From Gammaproteobacteria bacterium (GTDB lineage Bacteria; Pseudomonadota; Gammaproteobacteria; Ga0077536): DNA of 64,000 nucleotides. This document shows, piece after piece, positions 50,293 through 59,681 of the stretch. The stretch is taken from NCBI GenBank assembly GCA_963662545.2, contig CAXXLL010000003.1, forward strand, positions 512,001-576,000, given 5' to 3'. The translations under genes and the position numbers were made by a program. How positions within the stretch are numbered: the stretch's first letter is position 1; each line of letters begins with the position of its first letter. The notes beneath the pieces were generated by a model. It was not told the origin of the DNA, made no database searches, and saw only the letters and a list, made by a program, of their open reading frames with translations.

Positions 50293-50651
50293 TCCAGAGC
50301 TCCCTTGCGCCACTCGTAGATGAAACCGACGACTAAAATGCCGAGGAAAATCATCATGGCCCAAAACCCGTAGGTACCGACCTCACTGAGAACCACCGCC
50401 CAGGGAAAGAAAAATGCAATCTCGAGATCGAAGATGATGAACAGAATTGCCACCAGGTAATAGCGGATATCGAATTTCATACGCGCGTCTTCGAATGCCT
50501 CGAATCCGCATTCGTAGGGCGACGATTTCTCGCTGTCCGGCCGGTATACACCGAGGATCTGGCCGATGCCGAAGCTCGCGCCCAGCGCGACGATGCCGAT
50601 GGCCACACCGATCGTGACGAAGATCAATATGGGCAGGTAGAGTTCCAGCAC
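50283..50651 (-). CDS. nuoA: NADH-quinone oxidoreductase subunit A
   Basis: [20 protein letters not shown]. Confidence 0.96.
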   Translation of the reverse strand: MLELYLPILIFVTIGVAIGIVALGASFGIGQILGVYRPDSEKSSPYECGFEAFEDARMKFDIRYYLVAILFIIFDLEIAFFFPWAVVLSEVGTYGFWAMMIFLGILVVGFIYEWRKGALEWE

Positions 50652-50695
50652 GGATTTAGATGCCCCGTAAGGTAGGCCAATACCATTTCACCTAG

Positions 50696-50855
50696 CAGCC
50701 TGTCGGACTTAGGGAATCGTAGCGAGGCGGGTGGGAGAGCGGTCTGAGAGGTGTCATGGTTTGCGGCGAATAGTGGGGCTATTTAACGAAAACCATGGCG
50801 CATCTGGACCGCTATCCCAACGCCCGAGTCAATTCTTCCTAAGTCCGACAGGCTG
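50696..50855. mobile_element. MITE-like element, family B copy 2 (160 bp), upstream of nuoA
   Basis: Perfect TIR CAGCCTGTCGGACTTAGG, CTAG flanks at 50692-50695 and 50856-50859; homologous to 30410-30635. Confidence 0.88.
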
Positions 50856-50992
50856 CTAGTGGTTCATTGTACCCGATCATTCCTGCACGCCGGAGCCTTG
50901 CGTGTCTTAATCAGGCCTTGGGCAGGCCGTTACACTCGCCGTATCGTCCAGACTCATACGATCCGCGGCGGCGGTGCGCGGCGGTCTGTGAA

Positions 50993-51078
50993 TGGTGCCG
51001 ATGGCCGGAGTCGAACCGGCACGCCTTGCGGCACTGCCCCCTCAAGACAGCGTGTCTACCAAATTCCACCACATCGGC
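50993..51078 (-). tRNA. tRNA-Leu (anticodon GAG)
   Basis: rc GCCGATG..TGGTAGAC..CTGTC-TTGAGGG-GGCAG, long variable arm, GGTTCGACTCC, CATCGGC-A-CCA; usual secG-leu-nuoA position. Confidence 0.96.
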
Positions 51079-51180
51079 ATGGGCGTTCGCGTGACGGCCG
51101 GACCGTTTCAAATTCGACCGTCATCGGGGTGTGCCATGATACGAAAAGCCCACGACACGTTCCAACGACACGGGAGGAGC

Positions 51181-51292
51181 TTTAACGCGCATATCTCACC
51201 AACCCTTCTACTGTGGCGGCCCAATCGCTCGCCCTGACGGGCGTGCGATTGAATCGCCTCGCTACGAACGCTGGCGAGATATGCGCGTTAAA
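51181..51292. repeat. 112-bp palindromic element, family D, between secG and tRNA-Leu
   Basis: 21-bp IR TTTAACGCGCATATCTC(A/G)CCA (20/21), inner hairpin CAATCGC.CGCCC-TGAC-GGGCG.GCGATTG; shares the 13-mer TCGTAGCGAGGCG with family B. Confidence 0.75.
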
Positions 51293-51302
51293 CAGCGTTG
51301 AT

Positions 51303-51668
51303 TTATGGATCGATGGGAATATCCGGAAGATCGTCCTGGCTTACCGGCGTCGGCGGCAAATCGGGTAAAAGCTGCTCCACCGGGATCTCGATGGCGGGCG
51401 TGTCCACCTGGTCCAACAGGCTCTTAGGTTCGATGGCCTGACTGTAGAGATAGGCGAGATACATGCTGTTGGCTAGAAACAGAAAAGCAAGGACCGAAGT
51501 CAACCGCGTCAGAAACGACCCCGATCCGCGCGAGCCGAACACCGTGGAGGAAGCGCCGCTGCCGAAAGCAGCTCCGGCGGTCGCGCCTTTGCCCTGCTGG
51601 ATCAGAATGACGCCGATCAACAGGAGCGCAACCACGATGTGTAATGCGAGCAATATTGTAAGGAGCAC
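51303..51668 (-). CDS. secG: Preprotein translocase subunit SecG
   Basis: LIQQGKGA.AGAAFG.GAS.TVFGS.GS..FLTRLT. Confidence 0.95.
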   Translation of the reverse strand: MLLTILLALHIVVALLLIGVILIQQGKGATAGAAFGSGASSTVFGSRGSGSFLTRLTSVLAFLFLANSMYLAYLYSQAIEPKSLLDQVDTPAIEIPVEQLLPDLPPTPVSQDDLPDIPIDP

Positions 51669-51702
51669 TAATTTTCTCCCTTCCCGGCCCCGCGGGGTGG
51701 AC

Positions 51703-52461
51703 TCATGATGCCGCCGTTCGGCAAATGGCCATGAACGACTCGGCCTTGAGCGACGCTCCTCCGATCAGAGCACCGTCGATGTCCGGCATTGCAAACAATT
51801 CAGCAGCGTTCTCCGGTTTAACACTGCCTCCGTATAACACGCGCGCGGTCTCGGCCAATTGCGCGTCGATCTTGGCCAGGCGCGCGCGGATCAAGCTATG
51901 TACACGCTGTGCCTGGTCGGGCGCCGCCGACTCTCCGGTTCCAATCGCCCAGACCGGTTCGTAGGCGATGACCGTATTACCTAGAATTGCGGATGCCTCG
52001 GCCTGGGCGGTGACGGCCTCGAGCTGGCGGGCGACTATTGATTCGGTCGCGTTCTGCTTGCGTTCTTCCAGCGTTTCCCCGACGCAGAAAATTACGATCA
52101 ACTCTGCCGCATACGCCTGACGAATCTTAGCGGCAATGCGCTCGTCGGTGTCGCCGAAGAACTGGCGACGTTCTGAATGGCCGATTATAACGTGCGAGCA
52201 TCCAACGTCGCGCAGCATCGGCGCGGCGGTTTCCCCGGTGTAAGCACCACTTTCAAATTCCGAACAGTCCTGCGCACCCACCCCGAGCGTGCGGCCGGCC
52301 GCGGCGGACGCAACCAGGTTCAGGTACGGCGCGGGCGGGCACAAAACGACGTCGACGTCCTCGGCACCGTCGCTCGCGGCCATCACGGCCTCGGTGAGCG
52401 CGACCGCCATCGCGCGCGAGCCGTTCATCTTCCAGTTGCCGGCAATTAAGGGGCGACGCAT
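51703..52461 (-). CDS. tpiA: Triosephosphate isomerase
   Basis: AGNWKMN, IGHSERR, AYEPVWAIGTG, YGGSVK, GGASL. Confidence 0.97.
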   Translation of the reverse strand: MRRPLIAGNWKMNGSRAMAVALTEAVMAASDGAEDVDVVLCPPAPYLNLVASAAAGRTLGVGAQDCSEFESGAYTGETAAPMLRDVGCSHVIIGHSERRQFFGDTDERIAAKIRQAYAAELIVIFCVGETLEERKQNATESIVARQLEAVTAQAEASAILGNTVIAYEPVWAIGTGESAAPDQAQRVHSLIRARLAKIDAQLAETARVLYGGSVKPENAAELFAMPDIDGALIGGASLKAESFMAICRTAAS

Positions 52462-52541
52462 GGTCCTGTGTCAGGGCCTCGGTAAAAGGCGGCCAAGCTT
52501 AGCGGCGATGTTAGGGGAGATCAACGCAGCGCAACCTTTAA

Positions 52542-52703
52542 GGAACCTCTGAATAAGTCATGGCACATCTGCCTTGCCCATGAAATTGCGCAGCTCGGCG
52601 TTACGAACCTTGCCCATAGTCCCCGCTATGGCCTGCGATTCGTGCCTTGATCTGCACCATTGCATGAACAATTCAGACGCACCATGATTTATTCAGAGGT
52701 TCC
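52542..52703. mobile_element. MITE-like element, family A copy 2 (162 bp, inverted relative to copy 1)
   Basis: TIR GGAACCTCTGAATAARTCATGG, TAA on both flanks; overlaps the 3' end of the HhH-GPD gene. Confidence 0.88.
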
Positions 52704-53363
52704 TAACAGCGCACGCCGGTATCCGCATCGCGGTCCAAGAGCACATGATTCACAGCGCGGCTCGACCCGGCAGCGTTCTTTTCCGTGCGCAACGATCAAG
52801 GCGTGATACTCCCCGTAGCTCGCAGCCGTGCCAAGTAGGGTACTCTCCAGCAACTCGCGCAGGACCTCGTAAGGTTCGCTGCCGTCGATCATGCCGATAC
52901 GCGCGAACAGGCGGCGGGTGTAGGTGTCGATAACAAAGCACGGCCGCCGAAAGGCATAGAGCGATATAACGTCGGCCGTCTCCGGGCCGATGCCGTTGAT
53001 CGCGAGGAGTTCTTCGCGCAGGGCCGCATCGCTCAAAGTGGCCACGCCACCGATCCCGCCACGATCCTGGAGCCAGGCGCTCACGGCGGTGAGACGCGCC
53101 GCTTTTTGGCGATAGAATCCCGCCGGGCGCACCGCGCGGAGGAGGACACCCGACGCGGCGCCCTGCAGCGCGCCGGGATCCAGCAGGCCGCCAGCGCGCA
53201 AATTTGCGAGCGCCAGTTCGACATTATGCCACGACGTTCGTTGGGTCAGGATCGCACCGACCATGACTTCGAATGTGGAGTCCGCCGGCCACCACGCTTG
53301 CGCGCCGTACGTTCGGTGCAGTACTTCGTATACGGACTCAAGCGCGGCGCGAGCGAGTTTCAT
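52689..53363 (-). CDS. HhH-GPD / endonuclease III-related DNA glycosylase with Fe-S motif
   Basis: WWPA..FEV.VGAILTQ.T.W.NV, GFYRQKA, GIGPETAD, IDTYT.R, C-x6-C-x2-C-x5-C. Confidence 0.88.
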   Translation of the reverse strand: MKLARAALESVYEVLHRTYGAQAWWPADSTFEVMVGAILTQRTSWHNVELALANLRAGGLLDPGALQGAASGVLLRAVRPAGFYRQKAARLTAVSAWLQDRGGIGGVATLSDAALREELLAINGIGPETADVISLYAFRRPCFVIDTYTRRLFARIGMIDGSEPYEVLRELLESTLLGTAASYGEYHALIVAHGKERCRVEPRCESCALGPRCGYRRALLGTSE

Positions 53364-54120
53364 GGCGAACCGATTCGATGCCGACGAGCTCGCACAAGTC
53401 ATCGACCAGGGTTCCGCCGAGTTCGACATAGCGCCCGGCGCGTAGATCCGTCGGCAACATGATGTTGCCGAATCTCACCCGCGTCAGCCGGCTGACTTTC
53501 ACCCCCTGCGATTCCCACAATTTTCGAACTTCACGATGACGCCCGCGCTGCACGAGACAGTAGTACCATCGGTTGGCGCCATTACCGTCTCCAACGACGA
53601 TGTCGTCGAAATGTAATCGCTCGCGATCGATATTCACGCCGTGACGCAAATTGGCGAGCATCGCATTGTCTACGCGACCGAAAACCCGCGCTGCATATTC
53701 GCGATCGACAGCGTGGCTCGGATGCATCAGGCGATGGGCGAGATCACCGTGATTGGTAAACAGGAGTAAGCCGCTGGTGTTAATGTCGAGACGGCCAACG
53801 TTGATCCAACGGCCGGGTTTGATCCGGGGCAAATCCCCGAAAACGGTCGGCCGCCCCTTCTCGTCACGCCGCGTGCAGACGACACCCGCCGGTTTGTTAT
53901 AGGCCAGCACGCGCAAGTCGTGACGCTGCGGTTCGATCCGCAGAGCACGTCCTTTGTCCAGCTGAACGCGATCACCCGGTTCGACCCGCGCACCGAGTTC
54001 GGCGAGTTTTCCATTGATCCGGATCCGACCCGCGCCGATCCAGCGCTCGATCTCGCGCCTTGAGCCCCAACCCGCGCGGGCCAGCACTTTATGCACGCGC
54101 TCGCCGGAGGGTGTGACCAT
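53338..54120 (-). CDS. rluB: 23S rRNA pseudouridine synthase B
   Basis: S4 domain (GSRREIE..I..GRI.ING), GRLDINTSGLLL, GR.REVR; follows scpB. Confidence 0.88.
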   Translation of the reverse strand: MVTPSGERVHKVLARAGWGSRREIERWIGAGRIRINGKLAELGARVEPGDRVQLDKGRALRIEPQRHDLRVLAYNKPAGVVCTRRDEKGRPTVFGDLPRIKPGRWINVGRLDINTSGLLLFTNHGDLAHRLMHPSHAVDREYAARVFGRVDNAMLANLRHGVNIDRERLHFDDIVVGDGNGANRWYYCLVQRGRHREVRKLWESQGVKVSRLTRVRFGNIMLPTDLRAGRYVELGGTLVDDLCELVGIESVRHETRSRRA

Positions 54121-54127
54121 CCGCGCC

Positions 54128-54877
54128 TCAGCGCGCGGCTGCGGACGGTTCGACCTCGTCTACCGCGGCCTCTTCCTCCCGCCCGCCGTGCTCATCGGTC
54201 TCGACTTCGCCGCCGGAGTGCGCGGTGGTGATGTTTTTGATTTCCACCGTGGCCCCGTCCACAGCTTGAGCTTCCACGAGACCGGATCCGGCCGGCTTTG
54301 TATCGTTCGTGCCCAGATCAGCGAACAGGTCGGCATTGAAATCATCGACATCCTTTAACTGGGCCAGAGTCGGCATTTCCTCGAGCGATCTCATGCCGAA
54401 ATAGTCCAAAAACTGCTTGGTCGTCGCGTACAGGCCGGGATGTCCCGGCACGTCCCGGTGGCCGACGACCCGCACCCATTCCCGTTCCAGCAGGGAACGC
54501 ATGATGCTGGTACTAACGGCAACGCCGCGGATGTGTTCGATCTCTCCGCGCGTAATCGGCTGCCGGTAAGCGATGATGGCGAGCGTTTCCAGCAGGGCGC
54601 GTGAGTAACGCGGCCGCCGCTCCTCCCGCAGCCGCACGATGCGATCCCCGTAATCCGCGCGCGCCCGAAAGCGATAACCACTCGCCACCTCAATCAGCTC
54701 TACGCCGTGCCCGGAATAATCCTCCCGCAAGCCTTCGATAATTTTGCAAACTTCTTCCTTTGTCGGAAGATTGGAATTCTCATCGTCGAGTAGCTTTATG
54801 AGCCGCTCGATAGATACCGGGCTGTCGGCGGCCATCAGTATCGCTTCGACCATCGGCTTTAATTTCCGCAGGTTCAT
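54128..54877 (-). CDS. scpB: SMC-ScpAB subunit ScpB
   Basis: SRALLETLAIIAYRQPITRGEIE.IRGV, TT.QFLDYF. Confidence 0.95.
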   Translation of the reverse strand: MNLRKLKPMVEAILMAADSPVSIERLIKLLDDENSNLPTKEEVCKIIEGLREDYSGHGVELIEVASGYRFRARADYGDRIVRLREERRPRYSRALLETLAIIAYRQPITRGEIEHIRGVAVSTSIMRSLLEREWVRVVGHRDVPGHPGLYATTKQFLDYFGMRSLEEMPTLAQLKDVDDFNADLFADLGTNDTKPAGSGLVEAQAVDGATVEIKNITTAHSGGEVETDEHGGREEEAAVDEVEPSAAAR

Positions 54878-54935
54878 CACTGATGCTCCCGGCGTTTCAA
54901 TAATCTGGTGAAAAACATCTTCCCGTGCAATTTCA

Positions 54936-55718
54936 CTAGGCTGCAAGTTTTACGTAAATCGGATCGCGCTCCGCATTCTGCACGATTTCGATCAAGGCTT
55001 CTTTGAGTAATTCGAGTATTGCGACCAAGGTCACGACGGCCCCAGCGCGGCCTTCCACGTGCGTGAAAAACTCGTGAAAGGCTGTGAAACGGTCGACCCG
55101 GGCCTTGTCAAGCACCTTGGACATGCGTTCACGCACCGACAGCGGTTCCCGCTGAATGCTGTGATCGGAAAACATCTCTGCACGTTTTAGAACATCGCGA
55201 AATGCATCAAGCAGCGCCTCGAGCGTTACGTCGGGCAGCGGCGGTGGCGTTGACTGGTGAAACTCGACGACGACTTCGTGCCATTCGCGTTCCATACGCG
55301 GTAATTCCGACAAATCCTCGGCTGCCTTCTTAAATCGTTCGTATTCTTGCAGGCGCCGTACCAGTTCGGCCCGGGGGTCTTCTTCTTCCTCTTCGCCGCG
55401 CGGCCGCGGCAACAGCATGCGGGACTTTATTTCCGCGAGCATCGCCGCCATGACGAGGTATTCCGCGGCCAGTTCGAGTTTCAATTCCTCCATCATGTCG
55501 ATGTAAGACATGTACTGTTCCGTAATACGGGCGATCGAAATGTCGAGAATATCGAGGTTTTGACGCTTGATGAGATAGAGCAGTAAATCGAGCGGACCCT
55601 CGAAAGCCTCGAGGAACACTTCCAGTGCGTCCGGCGGGATGTACAGATCCTTCGGCGGCTCCGTCACCGGATTGCCCTGGACGACGGCGAAAGGCATTTC
55701 AACCTGCGAGTGATACAT
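54936..55718 (-). CDS. scpA: SMC-ScpAB subunit ScpA
   Basis: FEGPLDLLLYLI, AAEYLVMAA.L.EIKSRMLLP, EDPR.ELV.RL.EY. Confidence 0.95.
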   Translation of the reverse strand: MYHSQVEMPFAVVQGNPVTEPPKDLYIPPDALEVFLEAFEGPLDLLLYLIKRQNLDILDISIARITEQYMSYIDMMEELKLELAAEYLVMAAMLAEIKSRMLLPRPRGEEEEEDPRAELVRRLQEYERFKKAAEDLSELPRMEREWHEVVVEFHQSTPPPLPDVTLEALLDAFRDVLKRAEMFSDHSIQREPLSVRERMSKVLDKARVDRFTAFHEFFTHVEGRAGAVVTLVAILELLKEALIEIVQNAERDPIYVKLAA

Positions 55719-55735
55719 CTACAGGTCCTGGCCTA

Positions 55736-56947
55736 CTAACGATACACCAGGTTCATTGCGTGGCGTACTTCTTCGAGCGTGTCACGCGCAACGTCACGCG
55801 CCGCCTCACAACCCTCGTCGATGACAGCCCTGACCGCATCCGGGTCACTCAAAATTTCTTCACTACGTTCCCGGATCGGCTGCTGTTCCTTCAGCACCGC
55901 GTCGATGATCGGCTGTTTGCAGTCCAGGCAGCCGATACCCGCCGTTACGCAACCTTCGCGTGCCCATTGACGCACTTCCTCGGTGGAATAGATTTTATGA
56001 AAGTTCCAGACCGGGCACTTATCCGGATCGCCGGGATCTGAACGCCTCACGCGAGCGGGATCGGTCGGCATCGTGCGTAATTTTCGGTTCACCTCTTCAG
56101 GTGATTCGCGCAGGCGTATCACATTGTCGTAAGACTTCGACATCTTTTCGCCGTCGAGGCCCGGCATCTTGGCTTCCGGCGTGAGCAATGCCTGCGGTTC
56201 GGGCAGGATGACCTTGCCGCCACCTTCGAGATAACCCAGTAAGCGTTCGCGATCGCCAAGGCTGATGTTCTGTTGCGATTCGATCAGTGCACGCCCTTTT
56301 TCCAGCGCCTCCCCGTCCCCAGCCTCCTGGTAGGCGCGGCGGATCTCAAAATAAAGCTTCGCGTTTTTCTTGCCCATTTTTCGCGCGGCCGACTCTGCTT
56401 TCTCCTCGAAACCGGGTTCACGCCCGTAGAGAAAATTAAACCGTCTGGCGACTTCGCGCGACATTTCGATATGGGCAACTTGATCCTCACCGACCGGCAC
56501 TTGCGCAGCTTTGTAGATGAGAATGTCCGCCGTCTGCAACAGAGGATAGCCGAGAAAACCGTAAGTCGACAGGTCGCGTTCCTTGAGCTTCTCCTGCTGA
56601 TCCTTGTAACTGGGAACGCGCTCGAGCCAGCTGATCGGCGTAATCATCGACAACAACAGGTGCAGTTCGGCGTGCTCTGGTACGCGGGACTGAATGAATA
56701 AGGTCGCCTCGCCCGGATTAATACCCACGGAGAGCCAGTCGACGACGATATCAAAGACCGTTTCGCTGATGATGCCCGTTTCTTCGTAGTTCGTCGTCAA
56801 GGCATGCCAATCCGCTACGAAGAAAAAACATTCGTACTCGTGCTGAAGCTGTACCCAGTTTTTCAGTACGCCGTGAAGATGTCCGAGGTGCAGCGGCCCG
56901 GTCGGCCGCATGCCCGAAAGGACTCGCCGGTTAACCGCGGGGTTCAC
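55736..56947 (-). CDS. trpS: Tryptophan--tRNA ligase
   Basis: SGMRPTG.LHLGH, YPLLQ.ADI, VGEDQ, KMSKS. Confidence 0.96.
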   Translation of the reverse strand: MNPAVNRRVLSGMRPTGPLHLGHLHGVLKNWVQLQHEYECFFFVADWHALTTNYEETGIISETVFDIVVDWLSVGINPGEATLFIQSRVPEHAELHLLLSMITPISWLERVPSYKDQQEKLKERDLSTYGFLGYPLLQTADILIYKAAQVPVGEDQVAHIEMSREVARRFNFLYGREPGFEEKAESAARKMGKKNAKLYFEIRRAYQEAGDGEALEKGRALIESQQNISLGDRERLLGYLEGGGKVILPEPQALLTPEAKMPGLDGEKMSKSYDNVIRLRESPEEVNRKLRTMPTDPARVRRSDPGDPDKCPVWNFHKIYSTEEVRQWAREGCVTAGIGCLDCKQPIIDAVLKEQQPIRERSEEILSDPDAVRAVIDEGCEAARDVARDTLEEVRHAMNLVYR

Positions 56948-57015
56948 AGGGAAATATCCTTTTCAATACGAGTACGGCTATCGCAAGTCGGCCGGCGACG
57001 TGAACTAGCACGGCA

Positions 57016-57663
57016 TTAGATACCGAGTCCGTCAAGAAGGCCCGCGATCCCGCGTAAAACCGGCCCAACGATACGCTGCAGCCCGCCGGACACCAACAAC
57101 AACACGACGAGCGCGAGTCCGAACATTTCAATGCGATTGTAACGGGCTGCTAGCCGTGGTGGCAGAAGGGCGGTGACGATTCGGCTTCCATCGAGGGGCG
57201 GGATCGGAATGAGGTTTATTATCATGATTGCTGCGTTGAATATTATCCCAGCCTGACACATGTAGATCAAAACACCTGACTCCAGGGGCGTGTGCCGAAG
57301 GACGAGCGCCAGCAAGGCCCATGAAGCGAGCATCAGGAGATTCGCACCCGGTCCGGCGGCCGCAACCATAGCAATACCGGGGCGTATGGGGTTTAGTCTG
57401 CTCCACTGCACCGGAACGGGCTTCGCCCACCCGAAAAAGATCTTCGTCTCAAAGAAGAATTCGCCTGTAAAATAGAGCGTTGCCGGCACCAAAAGGGTAC
57501 CGATGGGATCCACGTGCTTGAGGGGATTAAGCGACAAGCGCCCCCGGTCCGCCGCCGTCGTATCACCCAACTGCAGCGCTACCCAACCGTGCGCGATTTC
57601 GTGCACGGTGACGGCCAGAACGGCCGGTATCACCAGGATTAGAATTAAGACGACCTGTTCCAT
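57016..57663 (-). CDS. Site-2 protease (M50) family
   Basis: HEIAH, GWAKPVP, AAGP..N, NLIPIPPLDG. Confidence 0.92.
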   Translation of the reverse strand: MEQVVLILILVIPAVLAVTVHEIAHGWVALQLGDTTAADRGRLSLNPLKHVDPIGTLLVPATLYFTGEFFFETKIFFGWAKPVPVQWSRLNPIRPGIAMVAAAGPGANLLMLASWALLALVLRHTPLESGVLIYMCQAGIIFNAAIMIINLIPIPPLDGSRIVTALLPPRLAARYNRIEMFGLALVVLLLVSGGLQRIVGPVLRGIAGLLDGLGI

Positions 57664-57670
57664 TCAGCAC

Positions 57671-58303
57671 CTATCTCAGATCCGGTACGCGCGACACGTC
57701 GCCCTTGCCCGCCCTTATCATACTCGGCGCGCTGCCCGTCAAATCGATAATGGTGGTCATTTCGATTCCAATTGAGCCGGCATCGACGACGGCATCCAGC
57801 GTATGCCCTAAGGCGTCCGCTATCTCCGCCGGATCCGAGTACGGCAGGTCGATGGCGTCGTTCATCAAGGTCGAACTCAACAGCCCACCGTCATGTGTTT
57901 CGAACAGGGCCTGCAAATAAGGGTGCGAGGATATTCGTATACCAATTGTCCTGCGCCTTGGGTCCTGAAGCCGACGCGGCGTTTCACGCGTTGCCGACAG
58001 GATGAACGTGTATGGGCCGGGTGTCAGCATCCGAATCAAGCGGAAAGCAGCGTTCGAAACCTTCGCATATATCGCCAGATCGGACATATCCCGGCATAAC
58101 AGCGTGAAATAGTGGTCGCGTGTAAGATGGCGAATCTCCCTGATGCGGTTTTCTGCAAGCTTGTTTCCGACCGTGCAAACCAGTGAATAACAGGCATCGG
58201 TCGGGCACACGATAACGCCGCCGCGTTCGAGGATTTCCACTGTACGTGCCACGAGGCGCTGTTGTGGGTGCGAAGCGTGAACCGCGATGACAGTGGAATT
58301 CAT
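57671..58303 (-). CDS. yciO: YciO/Sua5-YrdC family protein
   Basis: PTDACY, HYFTLLC, TPGPYTFIL, TIGIR, TTIIDL; located upstream of trpS-scpAB. Confidence 0.82.
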   Translation of the reverse strand: MNSTVIAVHASHPQQRLVARTVEILERGGVIVCPTDACYSLVCTVGNKLAENRIREIRHLTRDHYFTLLCRDMSDLAIYAKVSNAAFRLIRMLTPGPYTFILSATRETPRRLQDPRRRTIGIRISSHPYLQALFETHDGGLLSSTLMNDAIDLPYSDPAEIADALGHTLDAVVDAGSIGIEMTTIIDLTGSAPSMIRAGKGDVSRVPDLR

Positions 58304-58545
58304 GGTGTACCTGACCGGCGCGCGCACCCTTAAATCTGGCCATGTACCCAAGCTTAAGGCACTATTGCACCGTGACGAATTGCCGCGAGTTTAACAGCCG
58401 CGTCCCGGTGCTCAAGTGTTCACAATAGAAACCCTATCGATGGCCTTAGCGCGCAGTGACGATTCCCCGGTGCTTCCGTTACCGAGGCAACCGACCCACG
58501 ACCCAGCGCCCGCGTCCGGGATCTTTTGCAACGCGTAATACGTGC

Positions 58546-58815
58546 GTGTCGGCACAACGCATTGAACTCATCCGCGCAGCTTTGCAGGCAATGTTGGCGC
58601 CGTTACATCTCGAAATCATCGATGAAAGCCATCATCACGCAGGGCACGCGGGAGCGCAGGACGGTAAGGGGCATTTTCGCGTCAGCATCGTGGCTGAATG
58701 CTTTGCTGGGGAAGCGCCGCTGCGACGACACCGGATGGTCTACGCTGCCGTGGACAAGCTGATGGTCACGGACATCCATGCCTTGAGCATCGACGCACGG
58801 GCGCCTGGAGAGTAA
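58546..58815 (+). CDS. bolA: BolA family protein
   Basis: IIDESHHHAGH, HFRV.IV..F.G..L.RHRMVY, IHALSI; start inferred at GTG 58546. Confidence 0.88.
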   Translation: MSAQRIELIRAALQAMLAPLHLEIIDESHHHAGHAGAQDGKGHFRVSIVAECFAGEAPLRRHRMVYAAVDKLMVTDIHALSIDARAPGE

Positions 58816-58865
58816 CAAACCGACGCCCGAAACTGGACGCATTGTACGGAGAGGGACTCGAAAGC

Positions 58866-59681
58866 TTGAAGCAACCGCCTGCCACCCCGCCGAAGATCCT
58901 GTGGGCGTCTCGCGACGCCGATTCGCACCTGGTGTGCGGGGACCACCTCGAGGTCATGCGATCCCTGGCCGATGCAAGCATCGATTGCATATGGACCGAT
59001 CCTCCCTACTTTCTTTCCAACGGCGGCACTACCTGCCAGGCAGGGCGCCGTGTAAGCGTCGATAAAGGGGAGTGGGATCAAAGCGGCGGTGTGGCCGCGG
59101 ATCACGAATTCCATCGTAGGTGGCTTGCGGAATGTCATCGCGTGCTGAAACCGACGGGCACGATTTGGGTCAGTGGGACGTATCACGTTTACTTGTCCGT
59201 CGGCATGGCGATGATGGAACTCGGCTTCCGGATGTTGAACGACGTCGTCTGGGAGAAACCCAATCCTCCGCCCAATCTGGGGTGTCGTTGTTTCACGCAC
59301 GCGACGGAAATCGTGCTGTGGGCCAGCAAAGCGCGCAAGGGCGCGAATGAACGCTACACGTTCAACTATGCCGACATGAAGAAGCTTAACGGCGGCCGGC
59401 AGATGAAAAACGTCTGGCGACTAACAGCGCCCGGCGGCAATGAAAAGATTCATGGCAAGCATCCCACACAAAAGCCGGTGGCGTTGATCGAACGCTGCCT
59501 GCTGGCGAGTACGCAGCCAGGCGACGTTGTGTTCGACCCGTTCGCGGGATCCGGCTCGACCGGCGTTGCTGCGCTTGCGTGCGGCCGGGTTTTTCTTGGA
59601 TCGGAAATTGACCCGCAGTTTGCTCGACTAGCAAGCCAAAGACTGCGTGCTGCCGACTCCGACGAGGTGCAAATCGGTTGA
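58866..59681 (+). CDS. Orphan beta-class N6-adenine DNA methyltransferase, DpnA (M2.DpnII)-like
   Basis: DPPYFLSNGG.....G..VSVDKGEWD, PNLGCRCFTHATE, KHPTQKP, FDPFAGSGSTG. Start uncertain; TTG 58866 follows GGAGAGGG. Confidence 0.88.
   Translation: MKQPPATPPKILWASRDADSHLVCGDHLEVMRSLADASIDCIWTDPPYFLSNGGTTCQAGRRVSVDKGEWDQSGGVAADHEFHRRWLAECHRVLKPTGTIWVSGTYHVYLSVGMAMMELGFRMLNDVVWEKPNPPPNLGCRCFTHATEIVLWASKARKGANERYTFNYADMKKLNGGRQMKNVWRLTAPGGNEKIHGKHPTQKPVALIERCLLASTQPGDVVFDPFAGSGSTGVAALACGRVFLGSEIDPQFARLASQRLRAADSDEVQIG

Noticed and set aside
14337-56256. HIP1-like over-representation of GCGATCGC (seen at 14337, 18913, 21413, 41419, 45222, 49930, 56249)
   Set aside because: Could be explained by CG-rich codon usage and ATC codons; it needs a Markov-model test on the whole genome, which I cannot run.
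58698-58865. N-terminal extension of the methyltransferase, and similar extensions given for the amidohydrolase, kinase 1, nuoB/I/J, scpB and bolA
   Set aside because: These come from taking the most upstream start codon; they overlap neighbouring genes or lack homology, and downstream starts fit RBS position or family length better.
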